From Hyphomicrobiales bacterium (GTDB lineage: Bacteria; Pseudomonadota; Alphaproteobacteria; Rhizobiales; Rhizobiaceae), in the NCBI GenBank assembly GCA_017305835.1, contig JAFKJY010000042.1, positions 36,110-100,109 of the forward strand: a stretch of DNA of 64,000 bases. The letters are read 5' to 3'. The translations under genes and the position numbers were made by a program. Below the pieces are notes generated by a model, which saw nothing but the letters and a program-made list of their open reading frames with translations, made no database searches and was not told the DNA's origin. Positions 56,016-64,000 of the stretch are shown piece after piece. The number at the start of each line of letters is the position of its first letter. The first letter of the stretch is position 1.

Positions 56016-57257
56016 ATGCCTGCCCTGACCGACACCACGATCCGCCACGCGCTCAAGCGGGTCGAGACGAGCCAGAAACAGGAAAACCTCGCCGACGGCG
56101 AAGGGCGCGGCACCGGCCGCCTCCTTCTCGTCCTGAAGCCCATGCCCAAGCGCGTCACCGCCGACTGGATGGCCCAGCAGTGGCGGGACGGCAAACGCAC
56201 CAAGAAGAAGATCGGCTCCTATCCCTCGATGTCGCTCGCCCAGGCGCGCGAGATCTTCAAGCGCGATTTTGCCGACGTGATCCAGAAGGGCCGGAGCATC
56301 AAGATCGCTACCGACACCCGCCCCGGCACCGTCGCCGATCTGTTCGAGGGCTATGTCGCCGCTCTCAAGGAAGCCGGGAAGCCCTCCTGGAAGGAGACCG
56401 AAAAGGGCCTCAACAAGATCGCCGACACACTGGGGCGCAACCGTCTCGCCCGCGAAGTCGAAGCCGAAGAAGTCATCGAGCTGATCCGCCCGATCTACGA
56501 GCGGGGCGCGAAGTCGATGGCCGACCATGTGCGCTCCTATCTCCATGCCGCCTTTAGCTGGGGCATGAAGTCCGACAACGACTATCGGCAGCAGTCCCCC
56601 CGTCGCTTCCGCATCCCCTTCAACCCGGCGTCGGGTATCCCGACCGAGCCCAAGGTGAAGGGCACGCGCTGGCTCGACGAGGACGAGTTCGTCCGGCTCT
56701 ACCGCTGGCTCGAATGCCCCGACACGCCAGTCCATCCGCCCTATACCCGCGCGGTCAGGCTCATCATGCTGACCGGACAGCGGGTGCAGGAGATCGCCGG
56801 CCTTCACATCGATCAGTGGGATGCCAAGGAGAAGATCATCGACTGGTCCAGGACCAAGAACGAACAGCCCCATGCCGTTCCGGTGCCCTCGCTTGCGGCG
56901 GAGTTGCTCGCCTCCATCAACGTCAACGAATACGGCTGGTTTTTCCCATCGGCCCAAGATCCGTCGAAGCCCGTCAGCCACGGCACGCTTTACTCGTTCA
57001 TGTGGCGTCAGCGGGACCGCGGCGTCATCCCCTATGTGACGAATCGCGACCTGCGCCGGACCTTCAAGACGCTGGCCGGCAAGGCGGGCGTTCCGAAGGA
57101 AATCCGCGACCGGCTGCAAAACCACGCCTTACAGGACGTCAGTTCCAAGCACTACGACCGCTGGAACTACATGGTCGAGAAGCGGGCCGGAATGGCGAAA
57201 TGGGATAAATTTGTCCGGACGATGCTTGAGAAGAAGCACCTGAAGGCAGCCGCGTGA
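56016..57257 (+). CDS. Tyrosine integrase with N-terminal arm-binding domain
   Basis: AGGAGG RBS; TGQRVQEI, RDLRRT, LQNH, HYD. Confidence 0.9.
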   Translation: MPALTDTTIRHALKRVETSQKQENLADGEGRGTGRLLLVLKPMPKRVTADWMAQQWRDGKRTKKKIGSYPSMSLAQAREIFKRDFADVIQKGRSIKIATDTRPGTVADLFEGYVAALKEAGKPSWKETEKGLNKIADTLGRNRLAREVEAEEVIELIRPIYERGAKSMADHVRSYLHAAFSWGMKSDNDYRQQSPRRFRIPFNPASGIPTEPKVKGTRWLDEDEFVRLYRWLECPDTPVHPPYTRAVRLIMLTGQRVQEIAGLHIDQWDAKEKIIDWSRTKNEQPHAVPVPSLAAELLASINVNEYGWFFPSAQDPSKPVSHGTLYSFMWRQRDRGVIPYVTNRDLRRTFKTLAGKAGVPKEIRDRLQNHALQDVSSKHYDRWNYMVEKRAGMAKWDKFVRTMLEKKHLKAAA

Positions 57258-57315
57258 TCTCAGACCGCTCAAGCCTCTCAGTAACCGCGCGAAGGTCATG
57301 CCAAGCTTTTGACGG

Positions 57316-58059
57316 TCAGCCGCCGGCAACCCCTTGGCTGCTTAATCTACGGAGGTTGCCATCAAGCTGGCGCTGCACCGTGTCGATGGGTTCTGACCAA
57401 ATCTTCGATAGCGCTTCTACCGCTCGGTTTGCATCCCACGGCCATGCCGCTCGCCCATCAACCTGTGCGAAAGGGCCATCCGTCTCGGTAAGGATTCGGT
57501 CCCGTGGCATCTTGGCCGCCAGTGCCCTCCCCTTGTCACCGGCCAACATGGCCGGGCCAACGCTGAACCAGCACCCCAAATCGACCGCGCGCGCAAGCTC
57601 CCTTTGTGTTCCCGAAAACCAGTGAAGGATCGCTATGCCAGCACTGGGCTCCGTCACCAGCGCGTCAAGAACCTGCGTGGATGCGCGACGGCTATGAATA
57701 CTCATGACGCGGCCCCCGACGCGAGCACAAAGACTGAGCACACGCGTGAAGACATGCTCTTGGTCCAGCCAATATCGCCGGTATTCTGGACCACCATCGA
57801 GGCCAATTTCGCCAACATACCGAACCTGCGGTAACAGGCGCTCAAACAGCGGAAGCTCGCCTTTACGTTCATGCGCGATTTGCGGATGCAGTCCGAGCGC
57901 TGTTCTAATACGCGGCGCATCCTTTGTCAGCGCCGCCGTTCCGGACCACGCTGACGGTGTTGTCGTGACAGAAAGAACATAGAGATCGCGAACGACGCAC
58001 TCGCGCGCTACGGTGTGTGGATCAGGATAAAGGTCTAGGTGCGCGTGGAAATCGATCAT
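57316..58059 (-). CDS. qatD: QatD TatD-family nuclease
   Basis: DFHAHLD, LGLHP, GEIGLDG, SIHSRR, LHWFSG, ETDGP; last gene of qat operon. Confidence 0.9.
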   Translation of the reverse strand: MIDFHAHLDLYPDPHTVARECVVRDLYVLSVTTTPSAWSGTAALTKDAPRIRTALGLHPQIAHERKGELPLFERLLPQVRYVGEIGLDGGPEYRRYWLDQEHVFTRVLSLCARVGGRVMSIHSRRASTQVLDALVTEPSAGIAILHWFSGTQRELARAVDLGCWFSVGPAMLAGDKGRALAAKMPRDRILTETDGPFAQVDGRAAWPWDANRAVEALSKIWSEPIDTVQRQLDGNLRRLSSQGVAGG

Positions 58060-59333
58060 TTGACGCCGTAAGCCTGATGAAGCGCGCGAAGCTCTTCAAG
58101 ACCGCGCTCAAGCATACCGACAAGAGCCGGTCGATCAGCGATGAACGGGGACGCCAACGCATGACCGAGCCACGCCTCAATGCCATCTGCCTTGATGGCC
58201 GCAAGCGCGATCGCGACTGAGCGCACGTCGTCGAACCCCGAGTGATCTGCATCATCCTTTCCGATCGGTTCGTAGACGTAATCTGTCGTATCTTGGCTGG
58301 CGTCCCACGCGAGGAACGCCGCCCGTCGGACCTGACACGGAACGCATCGCCCGCATTGACGATAGTTGAACCGTTGGAATCGACCACAGCTCGTCGAACG
58401 TGCAGCCTCGGCGCCAAGCAAATTCTGGTCGGCGCACGCTTGGAGCATTTCGCCCTTGGTCTTCGTGGCATAAGGGTTGGTGATCTTGACACGGAGACCA
58501 GCCGCATCCAGCACCTTTTGCAGACGAGCCAGGAATTCCGGATGTGCCGTGCGAGTGCTGAGGCTTCCGAGCCGCCCGCCAGTCAGAGGCGGGTTAATGG
58601 CGATGAAGCCGTTCTCGCACACGAAGAGTGGCACCTCCGCGACCTCCCGATAGGCTTTGAGGGCCGTGGCAGCGATCACGCCAAAAGTGATGAAAACAAG
58701 CGACCTCGCCCGTTGCGAGGCTTCTTGCACACCCGGCGTATGTGCATTGTGGTTTAGTTGCAGGTGTCCGAGACCGCCCCCGATCTTTGCGGCAAAGTCG
58801 ACCTGCTTGTCCGCGTCGCCTCGAACTGTCTGGCTGATTGCGAATGGCTTGTGGCCCGCCGCGGTTAGGTCAATCGCTCCGATCAAACTGTCTAGCCCGC
58901 CGGACAGAAGTACCACACAGCTCTCAGGCGGCCGGACTGGTTCACGAGGCGGCGTGGGCAGCATCCCACCCTCGTGAAATCGCAGGGTCCAGCGGTCGGT
59001 CGTGAGGAATGCGAGCGCTTCGGCCAAGGCCCGGGCCTGCCCGTTCCAGAACGGCGCGTCCGCCACGGCAATGTCGAGTTCGATCTCTCGTGTCCACCCG
59101 TCCGGGCTCTTGTCGCGCAAGACTGCGAAATCTGCAGTCACGACACTCAGCGCGATCGATAACAAGTCCCAGGCCCGCGGGGCCGGGTCAAATCGTCGGC
59201 GTTGGATCTCGGATCTCGCCGCATCGCCAGCGCTTCCTTGTCCTTCGGCCCGCGGCTGGCCGTAAAGGACCACGCGCATGATACCTTCACCGCCGGGCAG
59301 ATCCGCGCCGTCTGGACCGCAGGCCAGCCTCAT
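58056..59333 (-). CDS. qatC: QatC QueC-like protein
   Basis: LLSGGLDS, QRARSLVF, ENGFIAIN, STRTAHP, TKGEM, CGRCVPCQVRR. Confidence 0.92.
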   Translation of the reverse strand: MRLACGPDGADLPGGEGIMRVVLYGQPRAEGQGSAGDAARSEIQRRRFDPAPRAWDLLSIALSVVTADFAVLRDKSPDGWTREIELDIAVADAPFWNGQARALAEALAFLTTDRWTLRFHEGGMLPTPPREPVRPPESCVVLLSGGLDSLIGAIDLTAAGHKPFAISQTVRGDADKQVDFAAKIGGGLGHLQLNHNAHTPGVQEASQRARSLVFITFGVIAATALKAYREVAEVPLFVCENGFIAINPPLTGGRLGSLSTRTAHPEFLARLQKVLDAAGLRVKITNPYATKTKGEMLQACADQNLLGAEAARSTSCGRFQRFNYRQCGRCVPCQVRRAAFLAWDASQDTTDYVYEPIGKDDADHSGFDDVRSVAIALAAIKADGIEAWLGHALASPFIADRPALVGMLERGLEELRALHQAYGVK

Positions 59334-60178
59334 TCCGCGTATCCTTCAAACACCTCAAATGTCTCCCTCAGAGCATCCCTAACAACCTGACTGATGCGAC
59401 CACTGGTGAGGCTGCGTCCGGCATCGCGCAGCTTGCGGAATGCCGCTGCCACGCTCTGCTTCACATAGTCCCGCACTTCCTTGAGCCGAGACAGAGCTGT
59501 CACCGCACTCGGCGCCTTCTCAACGATGGTCTTGCCGACATCGAGTTCAAAGCGACGGAAGACGTCGATTGCCGTGAAACGCTCGATGGCGAAGGCGCGC
59601 TGCTCAGGGTCGAGATTTAGCAGATCCGCATCTGGGAACCGGGTAAGAAGCTCGGTCAAGGCATCCCGAATTGCCGCGCGCTCAGCTTCTGCGTCCTGCG
59701 TCCCGTCGACCGGCCGAACCGCCTCCACAACGGCGTTCATAACTTCCTGCACATTGCGGCCGGCGAGGAGTGCCGGATCAAGCGGGCTGCCTGGCTCGGC
59801 CGGCTGTCCCGCTGCAACCCGCGCCAGCGCTCCGCCAAGCGCACCGGCGGTTGCCGCCGTACCTCCGAAGCGCCGAGTCGCTGTTGCCGATCCGCCATAG
59901 CCGGTCCGGACGTAGTGACCCATGCTGCGCCGCATGTCCCCACCATCGCCTGATTTTGCGAACTCGCCTAGCGCACGACGCGCACCGCGGAAGCGGGCTG
60001 GTGGGGCAAGTGGTGCGGGCGCCGGCGGCACCTGGGGGGCCGCAACACCGTCATCGGCTGGAGCGTCCCCGCCTTCCGCCCCATTGCCAGACGCCTCTCC
60101 CGTGGGCGGGTCCGGGGTCCAGGGTGGCACCATCGAGACGCCGCTGCCCGGGCCTCCACTAGATTGTGACGTTCCCAT
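59330..60178 (-). CDS. qatB: QatB
   Basis: MGTSQSSGGP...VPPW N-terminus; between KAP NTPase and QueC-like gene. Confidence 0.88.
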   Translation of the reverse strand: MGTSQSSGGPGSGVSMVPPWTPDPPTGEASGNGAEGGDAPADDGVAAPQVPPAPAPLAPPARFRGARRALGEFAKSGDGGDMRRSMGHYVRTGYGGSATATRRFGGTAATAGALGGALARVAAGQPAEPGSPLDPALLAGRNVQEVMNAVVEAVRPVDGTQDAEAERAAIRDALTELLTRFPDADLLNLDPEQRAFAIERFTAIDVFRRFELDVGKTIVEKAPSAVTALSRLKEVRDYVKQSVAAAFRKLRDAGRSLTSGRISQVVRDALRETFEVFEGYAE

Positions 60179-62027
60179 TTTCCCTCTGCCTCTTGATCGC
60201 CGCCTTAACCGGTCTGGACACCTGCCCCCGATCCCAGTTGTCGAAGACCCCCTTCGACCATGGCTGGTCCCCGATCTTCGGTACGATATTCGCCTGGATC
60301 TGCGCGGCCGGACGCTCGCCCAAGAAGGCGGCAAGCCTCGCACCCTGCGGCGGGTCGGCGTCGGCCACGACAAGGCAGGCTTCCAGAACTGCTGGTACGC
60401 CCCATTCCTGCTCCTGCCGCGCACGATCCAGAAGCCGGTCCATGATCACGGTGGTTTCGGTCCGAGGCACCCGCAGAAGTCGGTCTTTCAGACTCGATGC
60501 CATCTCCGGATGTTGCAAGAGCGCCGTCAAAAGCTCGGCTGCCTCCGAGGAAAGGCGGTCCTCGGGCGTGATCAGCGGCGCATGTTCACGGCTCACATAC
60601 AGGGCTCCCCGCAGGTCCGTATCAGCGAGTGTCGGCGGCAGCGTCAGCCACTCCGCGAAAAAGGGCTCATCAAAAGGTGCTGCCAGAGCTTGTTCCTGCC
60701 CCGCGATCGCCTTCTCTTCCCATTCGGCGAGGAAGACAGGCTTGCCGGTGTCGCTTGCGCTCACCTGTGCCATCAATTCGGCAAATGCCTTCGCGTTGCC
60801 GAGCCGCTCGAACAACAGCAGCTTGGCCAAGACCGCCTCATCGACGCCGACGCCCTGCGCGTTGGAGATCGTCATGCGGATAGCAAGCGCATTGAGGAAT
60901 CGTTTGATCAGGCGTGGATTGCCCAGAATGCCCGACGCTGTCGTCATGAGCGGGGCCAAGCGGTCCGCAGTATCGAAGCGGCCGATCAACTCGGCAGGCA
61001 AGGAACCGTGTAGCGACTGCACAAACGCGCGGTCGACGCGCTTGCCTGCCCAAGTCTGTCGTAATTGGGCGACAACTCCGCTACGGATCTTCTCCTTTAC
61101 ATCATCCGCAAGGTCGCTGTTCTCGACGAACAAGAGCATCATGTAGGCGCGCACTTCCTGGGTGCCCAAGGGCGGCACACGGATTGGCACCTGAATCAGC
61201 TTGTCGAAGTAGTTTGTGACGAGAAGATCATCGGGGACACCCTCAAAGTGCCGTCGAACGGCATGTTTGATCATGTCATTGTCGGCGGCGATCACGAAGG
61301 CGGTGTTCTTCAGGAACAGGAACAGCCGGATCGCCTCAAGCGTCGAGATCGTCGTTTCGGGCAGGCATCGATCGAGATCGTCGATCAGCACCACCAGCGT
61401 GACGCCGAGTTCCTCAAGCGTTTCCTCGAAGTTGTCCCGGAGCGCCTGAATTTCCTTGGGCGGCGATGTTTCCTCCTTTGGATTAAGCAATCCGCTCGCC
61501 GTCTCGGCGACCTCACCTGCCTTGCCCTTCGCCTCCTCGATCAGTTCGCCATCGATGCCGCCTGACAAGAAGCGCTTGCCCAACCCCCCTACCTCGCCGA
61601 GCAATCCGGTGGGCGCCAGGCCGAGCGACATCGCCGCCGCCGAGCCTGCAACAAGCTTGGCGACCCGCAGCCAGCTCACGCGCTTTACCAGTGCCTTGGC
61701 CTTATCGACCGCTTTACCACGCGCCTTGGCCTCGTGCTCAAGCTTGGTTGCGATCACATCCATGAGCGCGGCGCGCGCATCGTCGTAGCCCTGATAAAGC
61801 CAGGCATTGAACTCGACGAACACAAATTCCCGCTCGCCTTCCTTGCGGGGCCGCGCAGCCAGCGACGCCTGAGTGAGCTTGATCAGCGAGGATTTACCGA
61901 TGCCCCAAGCCCCGGACACACCAATAGAGATCGGCCGTCCTCGCGCCTGAACGATGATCTCCGCCACCGTGTCTGCTACGCCCGAGAAATTCAGGAAGTC
62001 CCGTTCAGTCTCATTGTCGGGCCACAT
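60159..62027 (-). CDS. qatA: QatA KAP-family P-loop NTPase
   Basis: MWPDNET, GAWGIGKS, FNAWLYQG, IDDLDRC, YFDKLIQVP, NPRLIKRFLN. Confidence 0.92.
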   Translation of the reverse strand: MWPDNETERDFLNFSGVADTVAEIIVQARGRPISIGVSGAWGIGKSSLIKLTQASLAARPRKEGEREFVFVEFNAWLYQGYDDARAALMDVIATKLEHEAKARGKAVDKAKALVKRVSWLRVAKLVAGSAAAMSLGLAPTGLLGEVGGLGKRFLSGGIDGELIEEAKGKAGEVAETASGLLNPKEETSPPKEIQALRDNFEETLEELGVTLVVLIDDLDRCLPETTISTLEAIRLFLFLKNTAFVIAADNDMIKHAVRRHFEGVPDDLLVTNYFDKLIQVPIRVPPLGTQEVRAYMMLLFVENSDLADDVKEKIRSGVVAQLRQTWAGKRVDRAFVQSLHGSLPAELIGRFDTADRLAPLMTTASGILGNPRLIKRFLNALAIRMTISNAQGVGVDEAVLAKLLLFERLGNAKAFAELMAQVSASDTGKPVFLAEWEEKAIAGQEQALAAPFDEPFFAEWLTLPPTLADTDLRGALYVSREHAPLITPEDRLSSEAAELLTALLQHPEMASSLKDRLLRVPRTETTVIMDRLLDRARQEQEWGVPAVLEACLVVADADPPQGARLAAFLGERPAAQIQANIVPKIGDQPWSKGVFDNWDRGQVSRPVKAAIKRQRENGNVTI

Positions 62028-62154
62028 CGGTTCAGGTTAATCCTCTGCTCGCGCCGAATCGCGCAACTATTTTGTCCGTTTACTTAAAGTTAGACAGGAA
62101 TTGCTTCCAAAGCGAGCGTTGCTGACTTGGCCCCCAGGTTTTGTCCAATGCCTG

Positions 62155-63057
62155 CTACACTCGCTCGGAGAACCGTTCATAGGCCGTAATCCTGGAAGGT
62201 TTCAGGTCAACGTCGCGCTGATAGATTTCCTTCTTCAGAAAGGCCAGTTCTGCTTCTCTCTGTTCATCCGCAACATCGATGTACCAGGCACGGGGGCGGC
62301 CGTTCTCCTCTCCGTTCCAACGATACCCCCGCGACTTGAGCTGATCCTTGAACTCGAAGGGCGAGCCTTCGGCCCAGATACGCCATGTCGGCAGGCGAGC
62401 ACGCGCGAGCAGGTGGGCAAGTGCGTTGACGCCGGACTTCGGAAGTGCGCGCGACAGCACCTCCACCGCCGCCAAACAGTCATTCGCTGCTCGATGCCGA
62501 TCATAGAAGAAACCGCAACCCACTGCGAGATATGCGAGCTTGGTGCCCTCGAACCCCTCCGCAGCCCAGTCGATCTCCGACATCGAGCAGGCCCAGGGCT
62601 TGAACGAAAACAATGGGCAGAAGCGCTCAAGAAACCTGCGATCAAAAGCAGCGTTGTGGGCTATGACGACAGCGGCGGAAAGCGCGAATTGCGTAACCTC
62701 CTCCTGATCGATCCTTTGGCCAGCCACCATCGCATCGGTTATACCTGTCAGCGTGGTTATCGTGGGCGGTATGGGGGCCACTGGCTCTCGAAGTCGATCA
62801 AAAGGTTCCCCGACATCTACGATGATGCCATCGAGAGAATACCGGAATGGCACCATGGCAAGCTCGATGATCTCGTCCTTCGACGGATCGAGACCAGTCG
62901 TTTCCACGTCCACGAACAGCCCGAGGCGGGTATCCTGTTCGGGAATCGCCGTCACCGGCGCCCGTGGCTGCAGGCGACGGAGAACACGGTAGTCCTGGCT
63001 TGCCTCCAGGAGAGCTGCCGCCGCCTCCAGCGCTGCTGCATCAGGCTGGCCCATCAT
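62155..63057 (-). CDS. DEDDh 3'-5' exonuclease (DnaQ-like)
   Basis: FVDVETTG, AHNAAFD, HRAANDC. Confidence 0.9.
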   Translation of the reverse strand: MMGQPDAAALEAAAALLEASQDYRVLRRLQPRAPVTAIPEQDTRLGLFVDVETTGLDPSKDEIIELAMVPFRYSLDGIIVDVGEPFDRLREPVAPIPPTITTLTGITDAMVAGQRIDQEEVTQFALSAAVVIAHNAAFDRRFLERFCPLFSFKPWACSMSEIDWAAEGFEGTKLAYLAVGCGFFYDRHRAANDCLAAVEVLSRALPKSGVNALAHLLARARLPTWRIWAEGSPFEFKDQLKSRGYRWNGEENGRPRAWYIDVADEQREAELAFLKKEIYQRDVDLKPSRITAYERFSERV

Positions 63058-64000
63058 GCTGTGGCCGTATCGGGGGGGCCGGCTGGAGCGGACGGCGCGA
63101 TCCTGACCAGGGCCGCCCGGCCCTCCTCGTGGAACCAGAGTTCCCCGATTTTTGCGTCATCGCTTTTCGGAAGCGGTTTTGCCTCCCTTACCTTGAAGGT
63201 GGTCGGGAGGTTCACCGATGTCCCGAAGACGAGCGCGTGCTGCTTCGGCAACGACGGCAAACGCTTCAGAACCGCTTCGGAAATGAATGGCGTCATCTGC
63301 CGGATCTGCGAAAGGTCATCCGGGTTCTGTATGCGATGGATAACGAAGTTCGAGCATTGCGAGAGCACGGTTTTCGAGAGTTCGCTTGGTCTCTGCGAGG
63401 CGACCAACAGGAAAAGCCCGTATTTTCGTCCCTCTTTGGCGATGCGTTCATAGATCTTGCTGGCATCGATTGCATATCGGGAGGTTGCTTCGGAAATATA
63501 TCGGTGCGCCTCTTCGAGAAGCAGATGCACTGGAAAGCGATTCCGCGGATCGGCTTGCCGCAGCAATCTGAACGCCATCCGCGCGAGCACGGATGCCACC
63601 AGCTCGACGACTTCATCCTCGACCGCATTCATATCGACGATGATGATCTGATCCCGCTTGAGCCAGTTCCTTCCATTGCGCTCAAGGCCCAGGAGTTTTT
63701 CCAGAAACCTGTCGCGGGACAGTTCGACCTGTCCGCCCGCGGCATTGTGGCGAAGAAATTCGTATTCGGGTCGCTCCTCCAGGGATTTGAAGCGCGTCAG
63801 CATCTGCGAGCAATAGTCTCGAATCTGCCTGTTCCCGTGTGCCTCCTCGTAAAGTATCGCCAGGTCGAGCGCCTCGCCCAATGCCGCAAAGTCGAACGGC
63901 AGATTGGAATAGGCTGGCAGCTTCAGCCCGTCTATAATGAACCCGCCACCGCTTGCGTCACCGAGCAGGTATTTCGTCAGACCATCTGGATCGGCCATCT
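63054..64000 (-). CDS. HerA/DUF87-like ATPase, N-terminus outside window
   Basis: LLLEEAHRY, IAKEGRKYG, SQRPSELS.TVLSQC. Confidence 0.88.
   Translation of the reverse strand, partial: MADPDGLTKYLLGDASGGGFIIDGLKLPAYSNLPFDFAALGEALDLAILYEEAHGNRQIRDYCSQMLTRFKSLEERPEYEFLRHNAAGGQVELSRDRFLEKLLGLERNGRNWLKRDQIIIVDMNAVEDEVVELVASVLARMAFRLLRQADPRNRFPVHLLLEEAHRYISEATSRYAIDASKIYERIAKEGRKYGLFLLVASQRPSELSKTVLSQCSNFVIHRIQNPDDLSQIRQMTPFISEAVLKRLPSLPKQHALVFGTSVNLPTTFKVREAKPLPKSDDAKIGELWFHEEGRAALVRIAPSAPAGPPDTATA

Larger units (their letters stand above)
55817..64000. mobile_element. Integrative defence island inserted in radC, extends beyond window
   Basis: radC break, compositional shift, adjacent integrase, defence genes. 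Confidence 0.85.

Noticed and set aside
58056-59333. Housekeeping queC or dpd 7-deazaguanine cluster
   Set aside because: Much longer than QueC, embedded in qatA-B-C-D order, and no folE/queD/queE/dpdA seen.

Overview
GC-rich alphaproteobacterial chromosome window (probably Hyphomicrobiales, inferred from the GAAC-N7-GAAC LexA boxes and DUF982-like gene). Host genes phaC and a YcbK/M15 peptidase are followed by tRNA-Glu(TTC). A ~45.7 kb, apparently near-complete HK97-like siphoprophage is integrated in the tRNA 3' end (18-bp att repeat at 3004-3021 and 48738-48755). The prophage has, left to right, an SOS/SRAP accessory cluster, lysis genes, an antisense Wzy/Wzz-like moron, tail, head, packaging, NusG-like, replication, methylase and cII/cro/cI genes, then an early-left operon ending in xis/int. 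The main finding is a complete BPP-1-type diversity-generating retroelement (Avd, TR, RT). It has two tandem Mtd-like targets, and all 25 VR/TR mismatches fall on TR adenines. Both targets seem to lack the Mtd N-terminal anchor, and the element lies in the repressor-controlled early operon, overlapping xis, about 26 kb from the tail module. After attR come host genes (MAPEG, class V aminotransferase, map) and a radC cut at its HNHP motif by a second integrase-led island. That island carries QatABCD, a DEDDh exonuclease and a HerA-like ATPase that runs off the window. All calls come from reading the sequence and from remembered family motifs; no searches were run.
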